From the NCBI GenBank assembly GCA_964610885.1, contig CAZSWR010000004.1, positions 16,200 to 80,199 on the forward strand: a DNA stretch of 64,000 nt. The letters run 5' to 3'. Position numbers and translations under genes: made by a program. Positions within the stretch are counted from its first letter, which is position 1, and the number at the start of each line of letters is the position of its first letter. The notes under the pieces were generated by a model that saw only the letters and a list, made by a program, of their open reading frames with translations, was not told the DNA's origin and did not search any database. This DNA comes from an uncultured Hyphomicrobiales bacterium (lineage in GTDB: Bacteria; Bacteroidota; Ignavibacteria; Kapaibacteriales; UBA2268). Below are positions 20,131 through 26,627 of this stretch, one piece after another.

Positions 20131-20802
20131 ATGAAGCGATTCCTCACTTGCTCCTCGTTGTTAATAGTGCTCTTGGGGCTGGCAGCCCACGCAGCCAGTT
20201 TCGAGGTTGGCATTTTTGGCGGGCCGACGATGCCCAGTAATGAATTTGGCAAAGCTGTCTTCGGCAATGAACAGTTCTTATCCTATGGCTCGACTCCCGT
20301 AGGCTTCCATGCCGGCGCCGAATGCAAAATCCGTTTGGACGAGAGAATCCGTCTGTTCGGCGATATTTCAATTCACAAGATTCCCAATACGAACAATTCT
20401 TATGTACCGATTAGGCAAAACGGAATTCAAATTGCAGGCGTTGAAGATGCAATTTACACGGTTCCGTACAACGTATCGCAAGTTTTAGTTCCGATCACCG
20501 TTGGCGTCGAGTATTTTTTCCTAAGGTTCGAAAGTTTTGACTTTTTTATCGCACTCGGAGCCAGCGTGAACTATTTTTCGAATGATATCTCTCTTGATAA
20601 TATTAACAAATGGTACCATGAATTCGTCGAAGACGGCATCCGCATGGGCGCTTCGGGCGGGCTTGGTGCAAATATAAAAATCAGTTCATCGACCGCGATC
20701 GAAATCAAGGGCAAGTACAATTGCTCCAATATTGTGGCTAAAAGCCCCGAAACCACTCGCAATTATTTCACGGTTTCGGCCGGCTTATTGTTTGGAATCT
20801 AA
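20131..20802 (+). CDS. Outer-membrane beta-barrel protein (small porin-like), paralog 1
   Basis: 223 aa with a signal peptide, an alternating hydrophobic pattern, an aromatic-rich C-terminal strand (YFTVSAGLLFGI) and the N-terminal motif FEVGIFGGPTMPSN shared with the next gene. Confidence 0.65.
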   Translation: MKRFLTCSSLLIVLLGLAAHAASFEVGIFGGPTMPSNEFGKAVFGNEQFLSYGSTPVGFHAGAECKIRLDERIRLFGDISIHKIPNTNNSYVPIRQNGIQIAGVEDAIYTVPYNVSQVLVPITVGVEYFFLRFESFDFFIALGASVNYFSNDISLDNINKWYHEFVEDGIRMGASGGLGANIKISSSTAIEIKGKYNCSNIVAKSPETTRNYFTVSAGLLFGI

Positions 20803-20829
20803 ATACTTTAATTATAAAAGGGTTGTAAC

Positions 20830-21507
20830 ATGAAAAAAGTTCTAATTATTGTCGCGCTTGCGATTCTTTCAGCCGCGAATGCCTATGCGCTGCCAGGCTT
20901 TGACATCGGTATCTTTGGCGGGCTTTCCACTCCGAACGACAAGATTCCAAACGTTTATACTTTGAAGGACAAAAATGTGGGATCGATGGTATTCGATGGC
21001 GCCATGAGCGGCTTCCATATCGGTGCCAAGGTTCGCATTGGCCTTTCTGACAATCTTTCTTTCGTCGGTAGCCTCGCTTGGCACCATTTGCCCGAAACGC
21101 AAACCTTTTATACGAGTAACCTGCAAACCCAAACATTTGGCTTAAAGAAATTATTCGCTCCTGAAGAAATTCCCGCACTGAATTCAAAGCAGGAGATAAT
21201 TCCGTTCACTGTCGGGCTGAACTACAAATTCTTGAATGCGAAAGTAGTCAACGGGTATTTCGTCGGCGATTTGGCGTACAACTATTTCTCGAATAAATTG
21301 GACGTTCCTGCGGCTGTGGACGCTTTGGTAAGCGCCTCGAAGACTTATGGCCGCGTTGGCGCAGGCCTTGGCGCGGGATTCGATCTGAACCTCGTGGTGA
21401 TGAAAATCGGCCTTGAGGGCAAATACAACTTCACAAACCTTATCGGCAAGGAAGACGGCGAAGACGCCAAGAACTTCTTCTCGCTCTCGCTTTGTTTATA
21501 TCTGTAA
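20830..21507 (+). CDS. Outer-membrane beta-barrel protein (small porin-like), paralog 2
   Basis: 225 aa with a signal peptide, FDIGIFGGLSTPND, FHIGAKVRIGL (FHAGAECKIRL in paralog 1) and the ending FFSLSLCLYL. Confidence 0.65.
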   Translation: MKKVLIIVALAILSAANAYALPGFDIGIFGGLSTPNDKIPNVYTLKDKNVGSMVFDGAMSGFHIGAKVRIGLSDNLSFVGSLAWHHLPETQTFYTSNLQTQTFGLKKLFAPEEIPALNSKQEIIPFTVGLNYKFLNAKVVNGYFVGDLAYNYFSNKLDVPAAVDALVSASKTYGRVGAGLGAGFDLNLVVMKIGLEGKYNFTNLIGKEDGEDAKNFFSLSLCLYL

Positions 21508-21532
21508 GCTAAGAATATAATAATATTTCATC

Positions 21533-21568
21533 AGGATAAACGAATTCATTTTCGTTTATCCTTTTTTT
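21533..21568 (+). terminator. Rho-independent terminator after the OMP paralog pair
   Basis: An AGGATAAACGA / TCGTTTATCCT stem (11 bp) is followed by a T7 run. Confidence 0.85.
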
Positions 21569-21941
21569 ATCCTACTCAATGTTTATCAGGTGGCAGATAA
21601 TTATTTAGTGTATCATTTCTATTCTTGCCTATTCGCCATATCTTGCAACAGATTTCCCAGCTGTGTCTGTTTTCGATTACAGATCGCACTATCGAGCGAA
21701 CAATATAGTCAGCATTTTCCATGCAATGTTTATTGATTTTATTGTTTTTGGGATATTTTTATTTTCCATTAAAATATTTGTAATATTCAAACGAAAATAT
21801 TAATTATTGAATCATTGATAATTAATATTCACTATCTCTACCAAATAATAAACTTTTACAACGAATTATTATGGTAATATTGCATTGGCAAATCATGGCC
21901 AATGTGATTTAAATAATATTTAACTTATTTAAGGAGTAGTT

Positions 21942-22376
21942 ATGAAATGCGAAGCATTTGACCAAGACATTGAAAACACCTTTAGCCAGTATGGAAAGTT
22001 AGGTGTGAAAGTTGATTTGCTTATGGCACGCGACAGACCTTCTGTAACACCACCGTACGATTGGATTGATGTGATGGTCGAAACGGCACCTGTTATCGCG
22101 CAACCATCTCCGCAAGCGGACACATGGCACTATGGAGGTCTAATTTCAAAGACAACTTCACCTGTCCCTCTTGGAATTAGAGTAATCAACAAGGATAAGC
22201 TCATTGGGTCTGAGAATGCAGCCAAAAAACTTCCTCCGGGATTTGATTTGCAAACTGCTAATTGCGAACTGAGCTGGCACGTAAATAATACGGATAAAGA
22301 ACCGACATATTCATTCTACCACGATAAGGCTCATCATTCAATCGGAGCCTACACTGGTACAATTATCAAAGAATAA
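21942..22376 (+). CDS. Hypothetical protein (orphan in an AT-rich spacer)
   Basis: 144 aa preceded by a strong AAGGAG Shine-Dalgarno 6 nt upstream and followed by its own terminator. It has no signal peptide and I recognise no family. Confidence 0.5.
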   Translation: MKCEAFDQDIENTFSQYGKLGVKVDLLMARDRPSVTPPYDWIDVMVETAPVIAQPSPQADTWHYGGLISKTTSPVPLGIRVINKDKLIGSENAAKKLPPGFDLQTANCELSWHVNNTDKEPTYSFYHDKAHHSIGAYTGTIIKE

Positions 22377-22406
22377 TTTCATTTCTATGTTTGTGTATCC
22401 ATATTT

Positions 22407-22440
22407 GCCTCTTGAAGAATTTTCTTCAGGAGGCTTTTTA
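22407..22440 (+). terminator. Rho-independent terminator after the orphan gene
   Basis: A GCCTCTTGAAGA / TCTTCAGGAGGC imperfect stem is followed by TTTTTA. Confidence 0.65.
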
Positions 22441-22616
22441 TTGATTACATGATGACAAAATATTATTTTATATTATCTGTTCTATGCAGAATTTTGGTAC
22501 AATAAAATATTCACACATAAATTATTTTGAATAATTCTCTCTTGAGCTAATCGAAAAGACAAACACAGCCTGCCCATTATTCAAATGGGTGGGCTGTGTT
22601 ATATGCAAGCACATAT

Positions 22617-22654
22617 AAAAAAAGGCAGCATACATTAAGTTGCTGCCTTTTTTG
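22617..22654 (-). terminator. Rho-independent (bidirectionally shaped) terminator after the aspartase fusion gene
   Basis: An AAAGGCAGCA / TGCTGCCTTT 10-bp stem is flanked by A6 on one side and T6 on the other, 20 nt beyond the stop at 22674. Confidence 0.8.
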
Positions 22655-22673
22655 AATTGTCTACGATGATTGT

Positions 22674-24542
22674 TTAGCGGTTGAAGCTCGGCATTATCAT
22701 GTTCTCGGGCAACAACAACCAATCGAGTTTCTCTTTGGTGAGGTATTTTTTCTTCAATACCAATTCATATATGCTTGCATTGGTTTCGAGCGCTTCCTTG
22801 GCGAGCAATGTACATTTTTCGTAGCCAAGGACGGGATTGAGTGCAGTAACCAAGCCGATACTGTTCTCGACCAATTCGCGGCAGCGTTTTTCGTTGGCGG
22901 TGATGCCATCGATGCAGCGATATTTAAGCGTTTGCATACCGTTTTTGAGCATTTCCATGGATTCCAAGATGCTTTGGGCAATCACTGGTTCCATAACGTT
23001 CAATTCGAGCTGGCCGGCTTCGGCTGCGAGAGTAACCGTCAGGTCGTTACCGATAACTTTGAAAGCGATTTGATTCACTACTTCGGGGATGACAGGGTTC
23101 ACCTTGCCGGGCATGATCGACGAACCGGGTTGCATTGGCGGCAGGTTGATTTCGCCCAAACCGGTACGCGGGCCGGAGCTGAGCAAGCGCAAATCGTTGC
23201 AGATTTTCGACAGCTTGACGGCCAAGCGCTTCACTGCCGAAGAGAAGATAACGAAAGCACCGGTGTCTTGGGTGGCTTCGACCAGGTTGGAGGCCAAGCG
23301 AACAGGCAGCCCGGTGATTTCCCACAGATGGTTCACGCAGCGGGCGCTATAGCGCGGGTCGGCATTGATACCGGTTCCGATTGCGGTTCCGCCCATATTC
23401 ACCTCGAGGAAGAGGCGCGAGTTTTGCTCGAGGCGTTGGATTTCCTCTTCGAGCGTTACGGCGTATGCTTCGAAAGCCTGGCCCAAGGTCATTGGCACGG
23501 CGTCTTGGAGCTGTGTGCGGCCCATTTTGATAATGTGCGAGAACTCGTTGGCTTTTGTGCGGAACGAAGCAATGAGTTCGGTCAGGATGGAAATAACTTT
23601 TTGGTTCGAATAGACGAGGCCGATTTTGAGTGCGGTCGGATAGGCATCGTTCGTCGATTGCGAAAGGTTCACGTGGTTGTTCGGGTGGCAGAATTCATAT
23701 TCGCCGCGGTTGTGCCCGAGGATTTCGAGCGCGCGGTTGGCGATGACTTCGTTTGCGTTCATGTTCGTCGATGTCCCGGCGCCGCCTTGGATCATATCGA
23801 CTACAAAGTGAGTGTGCCATTTGCCGTTAATGATTTCGTCGCAAGCCTGAACGATTGCGTTCGTAACGTCGGGTTGGAGAAGTCCGAGATCGAAGTTTGC
23901 CTTTGCGGCAGCTTTTTTAACTTGGGCTAGGGCAACTATCAGGTCGGGATAGTGGTTAATCGACACGCCCGAGATATTGAAGTTTTCCAATCCGCGGAGG
24001 GTTTGGACGCCGTAGTAGTATTCGTTCGGCACGTCGCGTTCGCCCAAGAGGTCGTGTTCGCGGCGCACACCGCCCGAAAGGTATTGCACGGCTGCATCAA
24101 CCACTTGGTTGGTGGTGTTGCGCATGCGGCGGGAGATGACGTGGGAGATCCGCGAAAGGATTTTCATACCGACTTCGGGGTGGTCCTTCATTGCGGCTTT
24201 GAAATTGTCACGGTTGATGATATAGATAACAGATTCCTCGAGCACTCGGCCGGAAGTGGAGTGCGGATATTCGTCGAGCAAAGCGCCTTCGCCCATGAAA
24301 TCATTTTTTGTGAAGAATCCGATTCTTTTTTCTTGCTCGAACGGCGTGAGCAGGAAAAGCTCGACCGAGCCGCTCATAATCAGATAGAGACTGGTGCGGG
24401 GCGAGTTCTGCTGGAAGAGTATGGTATCCTTTTTATATACTTTTTTTTCTAAGTATTCAGCGAATAGAACCAATTCTTTCGAATCAAGGTCTTTGAAGAG
24501 TTCGATCTCTTTCAGAAAAGCTTCTGTCTTTGCCTTGTCCAT
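22674..24542 (-). CDS. aspA: Cyclic-nucleotide-binding-like domain fused to aspartate ammonia-lyase (class II fumarase/aspartase family)
   Basis: 622 aa. The first ~150 aa have a CAP_ED-like pattern (FKDLDSKELVLFAEYLEKKVYKKDTILFQQ ... FMGEGALLD). From about residue 160 the protein reads REHDLLGERDVPNEYYYGVQTLRGLENF, the usual aspartase N-terminus. The family signature GSSIMPGKVNPVIPE is present. Confidence 0.85.
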   Translation of the reverse strand: MDKAKTEAFLKEIELFKDLDSKELVLFAEYLEKKVYKKDTILFQQNSPRTSLYLIMSGSVELFLLTPFEQEKRIGFFTKNDFMGEGALLDEYPHSTSGRVLEESVIYIINRDNFKAAMKDHPEVGMKILSRISHVISRRMRNTTNQVVDAAVQYLSGGVRREHDLLGERDVPNEYYYGVQTLRGLENFNISGVSINHYPDLIVALAQVKKAAAKANFDLGLLQPDVTNAIVQACDEIINGKWHTHFVVDMIQGGAGTSTNMNANEVIANRALEILGHNRGEYEFCHPNNHVNLSQSTNDAYPTALKIGLVYSNQKVISILTELIASFRTKANEFSHIIKMGRTQLQDAVPMTLGQAFEAYAVTLEEEIQRLEQNSRLFLEVNMGGTAIGTGINADPRYSARCVNHLWEITGLPVRLASNLVEATQDTGAFVIFSSAVKRLAVKLSKICNDLRLLSSGPRTGLGEINLPPMQPGSSIMPGKVNPVIPEVVNQIAFKVIGNDLTVTLAAEAGQLELNVMEPVIAQSILESMEMLKNGMQTLKYRCIDGITANEKRCRELVENSIGLVTALNPVLGYEKCTLLAKEALETNASIYELVLKKKYLTKEKLDWLLLPENMIMPSFNR

Positions 24543-24663
24543 ATTTTTACCTCATTATTTTTGATCATTGTATCTAACACACGCGCGGATGCACTTGAAG
24601 GGCAACCGCATAGTTAATTTTCCTATAGACGTATTTGTCCGTATCGCATTTTCTATCAAGCAA

Positions 24664-25395
24664 TTAGAATTTTCGTTCGATGAATTGCGGAATCACCGAG
24701 TTCCATGTATTATAGTTGTGGCCCCATTCCGGCCCCCAGATGTCCACCTGGTGCGGAATCCCTTTCGAGGAAAGAATGCCGCCAAGGTGCAAGGCGTTGT
24801 GCGGGTGCTCGCCCTCGCCCGTGCCGGAAACCACGTAGATATGGTGCTTGCTCAGCAGGAACGAAAGCCAATAATTGTCGTTAAGATTGGGCAAGTAATG
24901 TATCGGTGAATTGAAATAGCAATTATTGTCGAAATAGCCTTTCGTGAAATGCTCTATATTGTACGTTCCGCTGGTTGCAATCATTCCGTAGAACACGTCG
25001 GGGCGCCTGAAGAAACTGTTCGCGGCGTGGTATGCGCCGAGCGCAGCGCCGCAAGTGATAATCGGTACGGGGCAACCGCAATCTCCGAAAATAAACGGAA
25101 CCACCTCTTCGACCAAGTAATTATTATATTGCAAATGGCGGAGGGACTTCTCTTCGGGGCTGATGTCGTCGGAAAGCCACGATTGGAAATTAACACTCGG
25201 CACGCAAAACACTTTGCATTTGCCGCGGTCGATCATCGGGGTGAGCGCCTCGATAAGCCCATTCTTTTCGTTTTCTTCGGGGTCGTCTGTGGTCGATGGG
25301 AATAAAAGAATCGCTAAGCCGTAAATGCCATAAGTGAGTATGTCCATGTCCTGACCCAAATTGGTGCTTTTCCATTGAATTCTCTCATGTTTCAT
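24664..25395 (-). CDS. Esterase-family (alpha/beta hydrolase, PF00756-like) protein, possibly lacking the Ser nucleophile
   Basis: 243 aa with the overall esterase-D-like layout. The nucleophile-elbow position reads CGAALGAYHAAN (G-A-A-L-G) instead of G-x-S-x-G. Confidence 0.6.
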   Translation of the reverse strand: MKHERIQWKSTNLGQDMDILTYGIYGLAILLFPSTTDDPEENEKNGLIEALTPMIDRGKCKVFCVPSVNFQSWLSDDISPEEKSLRHLQYNNYLVEEVVPFIFGDCGCPVPIITCGAALGAYHAANSFFRRPDVFYGMIATSGTYNIEHFTKGYFDNNCYFNSPIHYLPNLNDNYWLSFLLSKHHIYVVSGTGEGEHPHNALHLGGILSSKGIPHQVDIWGPEWGHNYNTWNSVIPQFIERKF

Positions 25396-25629
25396 ATTCG
25401 CCCCAAGAAATCGTTAAAAACTTATTTCAAAATAGCATCTACGTACAAGATTAAAATTAGTTCAAAATTATTTTAAAACCAAATTCTTATTCGCATTGTG
25501 GCCTGTGTGAATCAATGCTTTTTCGCAAAAGTTCGTTCCGAGCCGAACGAATGTTGGTTCTATAACATTTTGTGTGGGTACTGTAACATATGCCATTTAG
25601 AGTGAGTAGTTAAAATCAAAATGATATTT

Positions 25630-25804
25630 TACCGCGTAGCGGTTGTTGTATTGTAGAATATTTTTTAAATTTTTAGACTCATTTCGCGTAGCGAATGTTT
25701 TATATGATTGGTTGATTCATGCGAAGTATTAGACAACAACCGCTACGCGGTATAACTTTCAAGTGGGAATCAACTGCTACAATACAGCAACCGCTCACGC
25801 GGTA
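25630..25804 (+). repeat. Palindrome-array repeat, family 2, copy 1 (MITE/BIME-like, with ~27-bp terminal inverted repeats)
   Basis: The left end is TACCGCGTAGCGGTTGTTGTATTGTAG and the right end is CTACAATACAGCAACCGCTCACGCGGTA. Internal palindromes are TTCGCGTAGCGAA (25683-25695) and AACCGCTACGCGGTA (25738-25752). Related copies lie at 47201..47371 and 62556..62693. Confidence 0.8.
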
Positions 25805-25886
25805 AAAAAAATAATTCTGAAACAAATTTGCTCGGCAACTCGTATAATCAAGCAAGTAAATTGTTGAAATAATTCCCTACAAACAG

Positions 25887-26306
25887 ATGAAAAACCAAGA
25901 TATTATCGACTTCACGAATGCCAATCCGATTTGCTATTTGGCCACCGCCGACGGCAACCAACCGCGAGTCCGAGCAATGGGCTTCTGGTTCGCCGACGAA
26001 ACCGGATTCTATTTCCAAACCGGATCAATTAAAAAACTCGTTACCGAACTTCAAACCAATCCCAAAGCGGAGGCATGTTTCTACAACAACTCGAACGGGG
26101 GCAGAATGCTGCGCATCGAGGGCGAAATGGAATTCCTCGAAGACCACGAGCTGAAAGCAAAAGCTATCAAAGACAGACCCTTCCTGCTCCAATTCGGACT
26201 GACGGCCGAAAGCCCCGAACTGATCATTTTCCGCTTAGCCCACGGCAAGGCCCATTTCTGGACAATGGCAGACAACCGAGGCCCGAAGAATTATATTGAG
26301 TTTTAG
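25887..26306 (+). CDS. Pyridoxamine 5'-phosphate oxidase-family (FMN-binding split-barrel) protein
   Basis: 139 aa. The pattern ICYLATADGNQPRVRAMGFWF ... ACFYN ... LRIEGEMEF is typical of PNPOx-like split-barrel proteins. Confidence 0.7.
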   Translation: MKNQDIIDFTNANPICYLATADGNQPRVRAMGFWFADETGFYFQTGSIKKLVTELQTNPKAEACFYNNSNGGRMLRIEGEMEFLEDHELKAKAIKDRPFLLQFGLTAESPELIIFRLAHGKAHFWTMADNRGPKNYIEF

Positions 26307-26356
26307 GAATATTCTGATTATAAAATTGGAATGTAGAATTGTCGGGGTTCAATGTT

Positions 26357-26400
26357 TTGTAGGGGTTCAAAATTTTGAACCCTTACATTAATTTTGCAAA
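26357..26400 (+). terminator. Palindromic hairpin / probable terminator after the PNPOx-like gene
   Basis: It contains the perfect 20-bp palindrome GGGTTCAAAATTTTGAACCC (26363-26382), extended by TGTAG/CTTACA and followed by the T-rich TTAATTTTG. Confidence 0.55.
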
Positions 26401-26423
26401 TTAAAAAATATTCACTAATTTTG
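26393..26423 (+). promoter_or_regulatory. Candidate Bacteroidetes-type sigmaA promoter (-33 TTTG / -7 TAnnTTTG) for the riboswitch-TBDR transcript
   Basis: TTTG at 26393-26396, a 19-nt spacer, then TAATTTTG at 26416-26423. The riboswitch P1 stem begins about 8 nt downstream. Confidence 0.45.
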
Positions 26424-26430
26424 TGGCAGT

Positions 26431-26516
26431 CCGTTGGAGGTGTTCCGGCGAAATAGCCGGGGCTGAGATGAAACTCCTCGAACCTGATCCGGATAATACC
26501 GGCGTAGGAAACACGG
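26431..26516 (+). promoter_or_regulatory. TPP (THI-box) riboswitch
   Basis: CCGTTGGAGGTG...GGGGCTGAGATGAAACTCCTCGAACCTGATCCGGATAATACCGGCGTAGGAAACACGG matches the conserved CUGAGA ... ACCUGAUCUGGAUAAUGCCAGCGUAGGGAA core of thiM-type TPP riboswitches. P1 closes as CCGU/ACGG. The element lies 110 nt upstream of the receptor ATG. Confidence 0.85.
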
Positions 26517-26627
26517 AGCAATTAATGCTTTTGGCGCCCTGCCCACTATATTGATTCTAACCAGATCAGTTCGTCCGACAACGGGAAAATTAATCGTTAT
26601 GTTAAATTTTCCTTGGTGGATGTACAA

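Noticed and set aside
25630-25804. Possibility that the repeat families are CRISPR arrays
   Set aside because: There is no regular repeat-spacer periodicity. The units occur in both orientations within an element. The copies are dispersed rather than tandem, and no cas genes are present.
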